Assembly (NCBI GenBank): GCA_965644295.1
Contig: CBFFRP010000418.1
Location: forward strand, 75,714 to 139,713
Origin: Paraphysomonas bandaiensis
Lineage: Eukaryota; Protista; Chrysophyceae
Direction: 5' to 3'
DNA length: 64,000 nucleotides
Shown: in pieces, positions 24,531 to 35,109 of the stretch
Numbering within the stretch: the stretch's first letter is position 1
Layout of the letters: every line of letters starts with the position of its first letter
Program-made: the position numbers and the translations under genes
The notes under the pieces: generated by a model
The model's database searches: none
What the model saw: the letters and a program-made list of their open reading frames with translations, nothing else
What the model was told of the DNA's origin: nothing

Positions 24531-25358
24531 ATGACATCGCCTGGATTCGCCACTAATGCTGCTCTTAACAATATACTCAATCAAGAGCTCGCGGCTCCTC
24601 GACTCACTCTTATGGATGCCTTTAACAAGACATCTTGTTATACTAAGGAACCAGAGATAGGGTTTGGCACTGGATCTCGACCCCCTCTGATGGTCCCTAC
24701 AGCCACTCCTGGACCCGGAGCGTATCAGATCAAAACAACTATGAGTAAAACTATCGACTCGTCCATCAAATCACCTCAACAGTTTTCGATAAGAAGCAGG
24801 CAGAATTTTGGGGATCCTAATCTTAAGGCTCTGTCTAAGACCACAGCCAATGAGCCTGGACCTGGTCAATATAAGGTAGCGAATAAGTTCTTGTCTGGTC
24901 GCGATGAGCCCAAGTACAGTTTTCCGAAAAGTCGACAGCCCGCAGATAAGGCTCTTCTCGCACCTGGCCCTGGTCAGTATGAGCTTCCGGCGAGTATGGG
25001 TAGGCAGCCACTATCTACCAAACATAGGGCACAGGAAGCTCCTTTTCCCCACGCTTCCCGTCCGTCTCTAATTGCTCCGGGCTCCACAGAAATTGGACCA
25101 GGGGAATATGGGGTGTCTGCTGCTGCGTGTGAGCCCCAGGTCGACTCCCGCAAGCCAACTTGTTCCTCCATAAAATTCGGTACTGGATATCAAAAGAACC
25201 GAAAAAATAACCAGAAGTTGGATCTGAGCGAGCCTTCGCCTGGTCCTGGGTCGTACCAGCTTCCGGGAGGAGTCGCCACCAAGAGCGCGGGTACGCCGTA
25301 TAGAAGCTCACCAGCTGCCAGTCTCAGTGGGAGGAACGCTTTTGGAAGCCCGTGGTGA
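24531..25358 (+). CDS. SHIPPO-repeat (ODF3/CIMAP-like) ciliary microtubule protein
   Basis: Five PGPGxY/IGPGEY repeats with FG/FS linkers. Intronless. First ATG at 24531. Confidence 0.85.
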   Translation: MTSPGFATNAALNNILNQELAAPRLTLMDAFNKTSCYTKEPEIGFGTGSRPPLMVPTATPGPGAYQIKTTMSKTIDSSIKSPQQFSIRSRQNFGDPNLKALSKTTANEPGPGQYKVANKFLSGRDEPKYSFPKSRQPADKALLAPGPGQYELPASMGRQPLSTKHRAQEAPFPHASRPSLIAPGSTEIGPGEYGVSAAACEPQVDSRKPTCSSIKFGTGYQKNRKNNQKLDLSEPSPGPGSYQLPGGVATKSAGTPYRSSPAASLSGRNAFGSPW

Positions 25359-26152
25359 TCTGCTGCTATGTAATGTGACACCAATTGTCCAGTGAGAACT
25401 GTGAATATCCTAGAATTGATCCGCTGCTGGCAACTGTGTTTTGAAGTACTTGCTTACTTCCGCGGACGGATGCGAAGACAATTATATCCAATATTTGTAT
25501 TTCATAGCTTTAGATATTAATATGTCAGATTGTGTCGTACTTAAAATAAGGAGTTTATTGCTGAATTATTGACAATTTGGGCTGGAGTTATTGAAAAGTA
25601 AGTACATGTGCTGGTATTACTGTGCGTCAGTATCACACTTCTGGTAGCCACTGTGGATCAATTTGTTTGTAAAGCAAGAGACTTCTGCAAAACTACATAC
25701 TATATATAAGATATAAAATACTGTCTATATACCATAGAACTACATCATTTAGTTAACTGTGTTCTGGTATCCAAATATATGCACATTTCTATTAACTGTC
25801 TTCGGTGTCCTAATGTAATGAAATGCAACTAAACAGATCAGGGTTAGAGATAGTACACAAAAATTCGTAGCTTTAATATACACCATAAAACCTATATCCC
25901 ATCATAAAAAGTAATATAACTTATTACAATATATAAAGTACACGATATCTGATATAATATCAATATAAACAATAAACAACATCAACTTCTCACAGTTAGA
26001 ACTGCTTTTAGTGACATATCAGATAAATCAAGCGTCTTAATTTGTGAATAGGGAAATCGTTTCCTCATAGTGGCCACCACTCAAGTAAATACCATTTCAA
26101 AAGAAGACGAAATCAGGCGTACAGTTAAAACAAGTAATGCATGAGCCTTATA

Positions 26153-27334
26153 TTACATGAGTTCATCGGCATCAAAGAACTTCCTCAATACCATTATTTC
26201 CCTTAAAGATAGGTAGTCCTGACAGCTTGCGCTTAAGATTTGAAAACAGTACAGCTCAAAATTTCGTCGCCATTCTAGTAATACTGAGCTGTGTTCATGA
26301 TTACTGGGGAATATTTTATGGCAAAGCAATGCTTCGATTGCAAGTAGACCGATGAAAGTCCAATGGGGCGCCCGCAGATGTGGACTAGACACTTTCGCAG
26401 GGGTTACGAGTGTTAGTACATTGTGCCTGCAGCTAGAATAGACTGAAGCCAGTGAAATGTTACTATCAGCTGCTAGGCGAGCTCTTATGCCTGTCACTCT
26501 CTCAGCCTCAGAGATGCCTTTTACCAATACGAAAACATCGTTTCCAGAAGAATTAGAGTCTCTGAAATAGTCATTCGCTAGTACAATCTCGGGGGTAGTC
26601 ATATATGACTTTGCTGTCTCGTTGAAGGTGTCTTCCATTGCATCCCATATATCATGGAAGAAATTTACTGACCTAACACTACTTAATCGAAAATCGCATC
26701 GATCAGGTAGCCGACCTCGGGGTGTGCTTAGGTGTGATAGAACTGCTGGGAGGTCAGAGGGGAACTCCATACAAGTCTCGGGGCATTGTGTAGTATTCAC
26801 ATAATTGTCGCTATTTTTATCACAGAAGTCAATAGCATTGGAAATACTTTCCTGGAAGTCATTACTCGGCGCTTTATGTCCTGCTCTATTGATAGAAGTC
26901 TGACTGTGTTCTCGATTCGTTCTCTTCACAAAAATGGGGCCGATAGATTCTTCAACGGGTTCAGAATCAGATCGAGTGCGCAACTTACATGCAGATACTT
27001 TCCATTCCATGGCTCTAACGCGACATGGAGGATGATAACTCTTGGCAATACTGCTATTAACTCTTGACTTAAAAGGACCGCTCGAATCAACTCGACGAAA
27101 CACATCTTCTTTGATTGATTTGCGAATAATGCCTTTTCGACATACTGCACTGCTACTCTTCTTTCTGTTAGGGGATCCAGAGGGTCTAAAATCTCCTTTA
27201 AGATCACTGAGTTTAACCGCTGGAGATATCAACTCACTGCTATCGTCTCGACAGCTCTCCATATCCAGACACAACACAGGCATAGACTTACTATCACCCT
27301 TCGACCGCCGCCGGAGAAGATCTCGAAGCAGCAT
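26153..27334 (-). CDS. Hypothetical protein, 393 aa (disordered basic/Ser-rich N-terminus, folded C-terminus)
   Basis: Long ATG-initiated ORF in the head-to-head position. No family recognised. Confidence 0.65.
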   Translation of the reverse strand: MLLRDLLRRRSKGDSKSMPVLCLDMESCRDDSSELISPAVKLSDLKGDFRPSGSPNRKKSSSAVCRKGIIRKSIKEDVFRRVDSSGPFKSRVNSSIAKSYHPPCRVRAMEWKVSACKLRTRSDSEPVEESIGPIFVKRTNREHSQTSINRAGHKAPSNDFQESISNAIDFCDKNSDNYVNTTQCPETCMEFPSDLPAVLSHLSTPRGRLPDRCDFRLSSVRSVNFFHDIWDAMEDTFNETAKSYMTTPEIVLANDYFRDSNSSGNDVFVLVKGISEAERVTGIRARLAADSNISLASVYSSCRHNVLTLVTPAKVSSPHLRAPHWTFIGLLAIEALLCHKIFPSNHEHSSVLLEWRRNFELYCFQILSASCQDYLSLREIMVLRKFFDADELM

Positions 27335-27453
27335 GGTTTAATAGTAATGAAATGATATGATACTCAACACTCCAAGCTGGACAAAACAACAACAGCCATT
27401 TGACGGTTGAGAAACAAAGAATACTGTCCGTATATACAGTATATACCCTTCTG

Positions 27454-27787
27454 TGTATGTATGTATGTATGTATGTATGTATGTATGTATGTATGTATGT
27501 ATGTATGTATGTATGTATGTATGTATGTATGTATGTATGTATGTATGTATGTATGTATGTATGTATGTATGTATGTATGTATGTATGTATGTATGTATGT
27601 ATGTATGTATGTATGTATGTATGTATGTATGTATGTATGTATGTATGTATGTATGTATGTATGTATGTATGTATGTATGTATGTATGTATGTATGTATGT
27701 ATGTATGTATGTATGTATGTATGTATGTATGTATGTATGTATGTATGTATGTATGTATGTATGTATGTATGTATGTATGTATGTATG
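27454..27787. repeat. (TATG)n microsatellite, ~335 bp
   Basis: Perfect array between two divergent ATGs (27334 and 27843). Confidence 0.98.
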
Positions 27788-27842
27788 TGTGTACAGCAGT
27801 ATGGTGGTATGGTTATAGCTATATATAATTTAGCCCGTGAGG

Positions 27843-29066
27843 ATGTACCGCCCATTTTCTCGTCTCCTTCTTCGTCCCCTCCGTTTGTCTCGATCTCTCC
27901 TCCCCCGCAATGTGCATAGTTCTAAGCCTGCTTTCTTTTACAAATCTGACATCACGAGCAGCAGTCGCTATGAGTGGGATATTGTGGATATTAATGCGGA
28001 GATTCAGGCACTTTGTGGAGACTTTCAACCATCAGATCTCTCTCAAGGTAGTCAGGTGGACATTCGTCGGGAGGGTAGCGGGGAGTGTGGTGATGATGGT
28101 AAGATAGCAGGGAGTGATAGCAGAGATGTACAGCAGACTATAGTTAGAGCAAGACCCGATGACAGGGATGCACATACAGTGAGTGGTAGTAGAGGTGCAC
28201 AGCAGACTATAGTTAGAGCAAGACCCGATGACAGGGATGCACATACAGTGAGTGGTAGTAGAGGTGCACAGCAGACTATAGTTAGAGCAAGACCCGATGA
28301 CAGGGATGCACATGCAGTGAGTGATAGCAGAGGTGCACAGCAGACTGTAGTTAGAGCAAGACCCGATGACAGGGATGCGCATGCAGTGAGTGGTAATAGA
28401 GATGCACAGCAGACTATAGTTAGAGCAAGACCCGATGACAGGGATGCACATGCAGTGAGTGATAGCAGAAATGCACAGCAGACTATAGTTAGAGCAAGAC
28501 CCGATGACAGGGATGCACATGCAGTGAGTGATAGCAGAGGTGCACAGCAGACTGTAGTTAGAGCAAGACCCGATGACAGGGATGCACATACAGTGAGTGG
28601 TAGTAGAGGTGCACAGCAGACTATAGTTATGGCAAGACCCGATGACAGGGATACATATGTTAAGTCCCTTCCCAACTTATCTTCACTACGATTTTTGGTG
28701 ATATATGCCCCCTCGAATATGTCGGTTGACTCTTTAAAGCAAGAACTTAAGAAATTCCCTCTCTCTGTTGACGTTGTCCCTTGGAATTTTAAGGAGGGTT
28801 CACTTGCTGAGACTCTGGCTGGACATGAGTTCAATGCTGTAATTGTTGCGGCCAGCCCCGATTCCATAAGCGATTCAGCTCACAGCATACTGAAACTCTG
28901 CAGTAGATCCGCCAAAGTAGCTCTCGTTTATCCTAAAGCCGATAACAGCGGATTGGAAACTACATGGGCTACATGTGTAGTCAGTGGATTGGGCGTTGAA
29001 TCTGGTGTAGTTGCTTCGTTGACAGGATTGTTATTAGAACTTCAGGGCAGAAGTAGTTCTGGTTGA
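27843..29066 (+). CDS. Hypothetical protein with mitochondrial-type presequence and 23-aa tandem repeats
   Basis: The N-terminus MYRPFSRLLLRPLRLSRSLLPRNVHSS is R/L/S-rich with no acidic residues. About 8 x QQTIVRARPDDRDAHxVSxSRGA, then an alpha/beta-like C-terminal domain. Confidence 0.7.
   Translation: MYRPFSRLLLRPLRLSRSLLPRNVHSSKPAFFYKSDITSSSRYEWDIVDINAEIQALCGDFQPSDLSQGSQVDIRREGSGECGDDGKIAGSDSRDVQQTIVRARPDDRDAHTVSGSRGAQQTIVRARPDDRDAHTVSGSRGAQQTIVRARPDDRDAHAVSDSRGAQQTVVRARPDDRDAHAVSGNRDAQQTIVRARPDDRDAHAVSDSRNAQQTIVRARPDDRDAHAVSDSRGAQQTVVRARPDDRDAHTVSGSRGAQQTIVMARPDDRDTYVKSLPNLSSLRFLVIYAPSNMSVDSLKQELKKFPLSVDVVPWNFKEGSLAETLAGHEFNAVIVAASPDSISDSAHSILKLCSRSAKVALVYPKADNSGLETTWATCVVSGLGVESGVVASLTGLLLELQGRSSSG
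28112..28657 (+). repeat. Coding minisatellite, 69 bp x ~7.9
   Basis: Near-identical in-frame units containing CAGCAGACT(A/G)TAGTTAGAGCAAGACCCGATGACAGGGAT. Confidence 0.95.
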
Positions 29067-30184
29067 CGTTGTTGACGCATGTACTCTTTATAGTTGTTGC
29101 TCCATTGTTATTATTTTCTAGTTCTCTTTAGTAGTGGCAAAATCTAGATATAAACGATAAAAGTGTTGTCTGCTTACATAAAATGGCGTTGATGGGATAC
29201 GTTTGCAGGTTGGGATACACTCCCATATAGTGAAACACAATTCGCGTCTAGGAACTAGGTGGACTTTTAGGTATGCGTTACTAGTATGGTCTAAAATCTG
29301 CTCTGTGTGACAAATACATTCACATCGTTTTCAACGTTGTTGTGTGTAAAATTAATTGGGGCAGAATGTAATAGTTTGTAATGTTGAGATCTGAAGATTC
29401 TATATACTTGCAATTGAGTGCAGTATTATGTGAGATGCAAGGATCGAAAGATATATATGTAATTAGTACATTATATTGTGTAGTATGAAACTGAAGTAGA
29501 AGTGGGTGACTATACAGGATACGATCACTGAGTGTGTGGTTTGTACACTATAGTAGTAAATGAATGGTGTTGAACACATCGAGCACAACTTAGGTTCTTC
29601 ATCATGTAATGTTTATAATTTTCATCTTATCATTTGAGAATAGTAAACCTTAGCAAATAATGTCAACTTCTGTTATGTAATTGCAAGTACAGCCACCCAA
29701 ATTAAATGTAGTAAGTAATCTATATATTTATCAAGAGTCAGTCGCTGACATTGTATATTCGACTGTGGCCTCGTTTCACTGTTTGTTGTAATCAAACTGC
29801 GCTGAGTACTGTGCATGTTACAATCCGTGCATCCTCATTACTGTCGAGGAGCACCACTTGTAAATACGTAACTACTACCGAATCATTAAAAAGTGTGAAT
29901 GTGCTATTCCAAATAATGGTATGCTATACACAAACCACTTAGTAACGGTGAGGTCAGCACGTCTGCACACAATCTATATTTAAAGAAACTAATGTTTCAG
30001 GCGACCATATCTCAGTACGCTGCGGATAATATCACTCATTACAATACGCCAAGAAAGAACCAAACGAGAAAATTTAGAAATATCGTAATATATTTTCTAA
30101 TTATAGACAGAATTCAAGGAGATGCTTAGGTGATAAGTTACCACTCGCCCACATATACAATATACACTACTTCAAGGTTGTGCG

Positions 30185-30964
30185 TCAGCACGTTGCAGAG
30201 TTTTCTGCTGTAGCCTCTGGATAAGATTCATTATCCAAAATAGATACCATCTTTCTAAAGGCGGGCTGCATGGTTGCTTCAATGCTAATATCTACATTTA
30301 GTACAGGGTGTCTAAACTTGATATTCTGAGCGTGTAGATACATTGTATCGCTGCCCCATTTTCGGGTAAACAAATTGTTTTGCTTGTTACAGCCATGAGT
30401 GCGGTCTCCAATGATAGGGTGAAAAATATGGGCAAAATGTTTCCGAATTTGGTGATATCGCCCAGTGACTGGTTTAATAGTGACTAACGAATATCTTGAT
30501 GTCGAATGTTTCCCTAAAGGTACGGGTACTTCAATTCGTTTCAATGTCTCATAATGGGTAACGGCTTCCTGAATCTTGCCAGATGTATTCTTAATAGCGT
30601 AGTCAATTGTACCGCTATCTTCACAGTATCCCCTCACAAGCGCTATATACTCCTTACCCACTTCTCCGTTCATAAACAACTGCTGCATGGCGCTGTTTGT
30701 CTCCTCATTCAGAGCGAACACAAGCACTCCACTTGTTTTCCGGTCCAATCTATGCACAGGATATACTTTCTGATCGATCTGATCCCGCAAGATCTGTACC
30801 GCAAACTCATCTGCATCAGGTGCAATGGACGTGCTGTGCACCAGCAGACCGTGAGGCTTATTGACTGCTATGATATTATCATCTCGATAGAGGATTTCCA
30901 TCAGATTCAATGACGAGGATAATACTCTGCTGATTCTAATGCATTCTCTTCTTTGAAATAGCAT
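30185..30964 (-). CDS. RluA-family pseudouridine synthase, TruC-like (bacterial type)
   Basis: NKPHGLLVH, catalytic VHRLDRKTSGV, TGRYHQIRKH, HPIIGD..HG and LHA. The PLGKHSTSRYSLV segment is typical of TruC. Intronless, with a 21-aa N-terminal extension. Confidence 0.9.
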   Translation of the reverse strand: MLFQRRECIRISRVLSSSLNLMEILYRDDNIIAVNKPHGLLVHSTSIAPDADEFAVQILRDQIDQKVYPVHRLDRKTSGVLVFALNEETNSAMQQLFMNGEVGKEYIALVRGYCEDSGTIDYAIKNTSGKIQEAVTHYETLKRIEVPVPLGKHSTSRYSLVTIKPVTGRYHQIRKHFAHIFHPIIGDRTHGCNKQNNLFTRKWGSDTMYLHAQNIKFRHPVLNVDISIEATMQPAFRKMVSILDNESYPEATAENSATC

Positions 30965-31326
30965 AACTCATGGTGGTGTTCATTATCTTAGTAGATCAGC
31001 ACACATAGAAGCCACTATAGTAACATCAGAGGCACATACAGCACATACAGATGAACAATTTCACGTGTCCAAAACCATGGATTTTTAGAGGATAAATACA
31101 ATATTTTCGAATTTTATCATACAGTATTCTGACAACCCCCAAACACACCAATCATTGAATAGTATGTCGCATTGGTTGGCTATTATATGTTCGTATCCAC
31201 CATATGTTTTTACAGGTTTGGTTTCTAGATTTTCTTTCAATGCGGTTTCTCTCATATCATACTTACAACAACAAACAGTCAGTCCCTTCTATCTGCTGTG
31301 CTACTGCTTCATTAGACTCGGGAGTC

Positions 31327-32534
31327 ATGACCACTGTGCCATTAGGTAAAACTGTTCTTGCAATGTTTGGGGGGATCTCAACGGTTTGTGCTGGAACCGT
31401 TGCAGCCAATTATCTGGACACGAGGTATCTACCCGGACCGTTATTTGATTGCACTGAAACAGTATTATTATTATAGTGATCCTCCTCAGTTTGGTTTATC
31501 ATATTCAGGAGTGAGTCGATATGATCAATCAACGCTTATCGGCCGTTATAAACAGATGTTCTTCGCTTGTGATCCATTGTTATTACTGCACAGTGACGAT
31601 TCTTTTCGTGAGGCTGCTGCGGTGCTGGCAAAGGCCAAGGCATGCTATGAGGAGCAACCCAACCTCCAGCAAACCCCAGAACAGAACAGGCGCCTATGGA
31701 ATTTAAAGCGAATGGTAGATTCGGCAATGCCCAACCCTGATAACGGCGAAGTTGTGCCAGCTCCCTTTCGCATGAGTGGCTATGTTCCATTCAATGGACC
31801 CATATGCGTCGCCATGGTTGCGAGCACATCTACATTTGGCCTGTTATTTTGGGCATGGGCTAATCAGAGTCAAAATGCACTGGTGAACTACTACAATAGG
31901 AATGCTAGTAGCACTATGAGCAACGAAACACTGGCCAAATCTTATGGCCTGGCAGTGGGCACAGCACTTTCTGTGGGCTTTGTATTATCAACGGTTGTGA
32001 AGAAAAAGTTCCCTCCTCAAAAAGGTAATGAGTTCTAACTTTTCTATTGTATTTAATCCTGCATTGTTCACAGCTAATCAGCTTCTCAAATTCGTGGCAT
32101 TCCCTTCATCTGTCCTCGCATCGTCTCTCAATTGCTATATTGTTCGCTCCCCTGAAATAAGTTCAGGAGTACCCCTTCTACACCCTGATACACTAAAGGA
32201 TGTACTACCAGGCGAAACCTCGTCTGTGGCGGCCAAGAAAGGGGTGCACGAGACTACAGCTAGCAGAGCCATTTTGCAAGTGCCAGTCTATTTCCTTCCT
32301 CCACTCTTGACATCCACATTGTTCTCTCCTGTATTGGCAGCCAATCCTGCCCTCAGTGTACCATTAACGACATATCTACTGGTTGTTTCTTTTGGATTTG
32401 GGCTACCTCTAGCTATAGCGATGTTCCCACAGTACGGTGAGGTAGCGGCACAGGAGGTAGAAGAGAAATTCAGAGCGGTAACTGATGCAACCGGTGCCGC
32501 AATTAAAAGTTTTAAGTACAATAAAGGTTTGTAG
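31327..32534 (+). CDS. Sideroflexin (mitochondrial SFXN-family carrier)
   Basis: RYDQST..GR......DP, PFRMSGYVP, WANQSQNALVNYYNRNAS, AMFPQ and C-terminal YNKGL. Two short introns (~31425-31476 and ~32025-32073). Confidence 0.93.
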
Positions 32535-32799
32535 TGGGTTGGTATACATGTGGTGTGATTTGCTATACAGTGATCAGTCACTAAGTATTGAATGTCAACG
32601 ATTTAGTCGAGTTGCTATCACGCGTGCTGACATGAAACCTAAACACTTATATTTAGTAGAATCTCGAGCAGTATGTTCTCGGTTCTCGGTGGTTATTAAT
32701 AACTCAGTTGAAGGTTACTATGTTGAAAACACACGTCACATCATTGCAAGTATGAAATTTATGTGAACTAGAGTTGAATTTTTGCAATTATTCTTTTGA

Positions 32800-33520
32800 C
32801 TATTCAGTATTTGACCGCTTTCCAGTTTAGTGAATTGAAAATCCAGAACATGATACAATTGATAGCTTTTGATGTTGTGGGTCAAACATTGCAAGTTATG
32901 ATAAATTCGCATCATAGTAAACACCACTGTAACACCCTCCTATTGGTGTCAGCATCATCTAATCCAGTAACGAGTCCAATATCTCTGACGCGCTGCTCAT
33001 CAGCACTCGATATCGACTGTTGTTCTTCATTAATCATTGCTCTGATCCTTCTCAGAGCTAAATGAAACAGACTAGAGTCATGAAACTCCATTTCAGGTTC
33101 TCCCTCCATGGTACTAATAGATAACTAACAATGAATATGACTACAACTACAATAATACTATCTACAAGCAACTTCCAGAGTACAGAAATTGCATCTTATT
33201 ATCAACAATCAATATATACATATGATTCCCAGGCCAGAGGAAGGCCTGCAGGAATGACCTTCATCCATATACATCACTAATAGCTCAGCCTGATCACAAC
33301 TGATTCATCATCAATGCATAAGGGAAGATACATTCAGTATTCTCATTGTAGTTGAAGCCTTGTATACGTACTTCCAAGTACAGTTCAATAAACAATAAGT
33401 ACCTAATGAAATACATAAGTACAACTGTATTACTGGATAATCTGGCAATACACGTCTATCAGCGTGGATATCAAACCCGGAATTCTCCAGTAAACAGTAA
33501 ACTTCTCCAGCCTTAAGCAT
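32800..33520 (-). pseudogene. Possible degraded coding or TE relic
   Basis: Two short protein-like ORFs (33311-33520 and 32912-33109) with no clean splice structure. A hairpin at 33783-33806 is shared with 42811-42854. Confidence 0.25.
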
Positions 33521-33990
33521 TAATATATATATATAATAAGAACATATACATATATATCATCAATCATAATATCTTCATCATTGAACTTCATTATTGGTAA
33601 TCCTATCTTTCTTTGTCTTTTGAATACATATATAAGTATCAATGATAAGCATAAATTGTCATATTCATAATATATCATATAGCTTAATGTGAGATATGGT
33701 AATAATAATAATATTCAACCTATGTTGTCCAGATAGTATGTACAAACTTAAACATATACCATAGAGAGCTCATATAGCATAAAATAACCAGATATGGCTG
33801 GTTATTACACCACGGTAGTTTGAACGAAAAATTCATAACTGTGATCATATAGGTATATAGGGGATGTATCCCACTTCCCATAACGTATAAATACTACGGC
33901 TACTAGCTTACCTCAAAGTAAAATGAGAACTAGAATTTACAAAAAGACAAGACAAATCGCTAGATTCTTGCATATAGTTGCATTCATATA

Positions 33991-34627
33991 TTAAAAATCA
34001 TCACTGTTGAAGGCACTCTGGGAAAAAGGATCCGTCTGATTTTTCGGGTTTTCTGTACTGGTGATATTCGATGCAGAATTAAGAATTTGATTAATGTCCA
34101 TATCTCTTGGGCTTCCTGATGCGAGCACTTCATTATTCTATTCAGTAATAATAATATTAAAAGCACAAAGGAGAATCGAAAGCGTAGTATACCTGGCTGA
34201 TAACAACACAATATGGCACCTGGGAAAACGCGAACTTCGACTTCAATTGCTCCTTGATTTCAGGTTCGACAAATATATGAGTCATGTTTTCCCAATTTCT
34301 GTGTATGTCCAGTAAATAAACCTGAAAGTATATATGGTGGCGCATTACCCGTCGACCATATCAGCAGCAACTTCCTTATCGTTCAAGCAACACGACACAA
34401 ACACGACATCAGGTTTCTCTTCCGCCATATCGTTCAGCTTGTCAAGTGCTGCGGGACAACGTGTGCATTTTGTTGTCCAAAAATCTATAGAAAGTAATAT
34501 GATTAAGACAGTTTACGAGTGTCTGCTATGCAACTCTACCGATGACCATAACACGACTGTTCGCCACCTTATGAATGGTGCTGGTTGAGTCATCACCCAA
34601 TAGAGTTACAGAGAAATCATCAAACAT
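33991..34627 (-). CDS. Thioredoxin-fold CxxC protein (TlpA/redoxin-like), not captured by the ORF track
   Basis: Four exons splice to MFDDFSVTLLGDDSTSTIHKVANSRVMVIDFWTTKCTRCPAALDKLN...FSQVPYCVVI...AFNSDDF*. It has DFWxxxCxxC and the cis-Pro VP motif. Confidence 0.85.
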
Positions 34628-35109
34628 ATTCACAGTAGAATGTTGGACAGTTTAACAGTATCTGGAGTGTGTATAATTGTGAGTATTGAGCCACAGTGAG
34701 TGTCTAGGGATCATATATACATACATGCATTCATACATACATGGGGAGTGTTTGGATTTCAAATCATACACACACACTGTACGGATATACAGTATCTGAA
34801 GTAGAGCAGTACACAGCATCAGGAGTACATCAGTACACACCAGTATGTAAATTTACCGGAAAATGCACAAAAAAACTGCGAAGAGTTGATCTAGTACATA
34901 CACAGCAGCAGTATGTACATCTCTACGTGTACTGCAGTATACATACACCGGTACACGTGTAACTATCAGTGTGATCCTATGCTGAGTAGGAGAGTTAAGT
35001 TAGCGGATGTCTTGTCGATTAGTTTGATCTGATATGCTCTGCATGTGTTGCGTGTGATCACCACATCTCATCTATCGTTATACACGTGAGCTGAGGAGTG
35101 TCAGTTATC

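Noticed and set aside
28032-28867. Antisense ORFs of 185 and 271 aa
   Set aside because: Shadows of the 69-bp coding repeat.
30185-30964. Bacterial contamination
   Set aside because: It is a single gene embedded between host-type intergenic DNA and an intron-containing gene, with no operon context.
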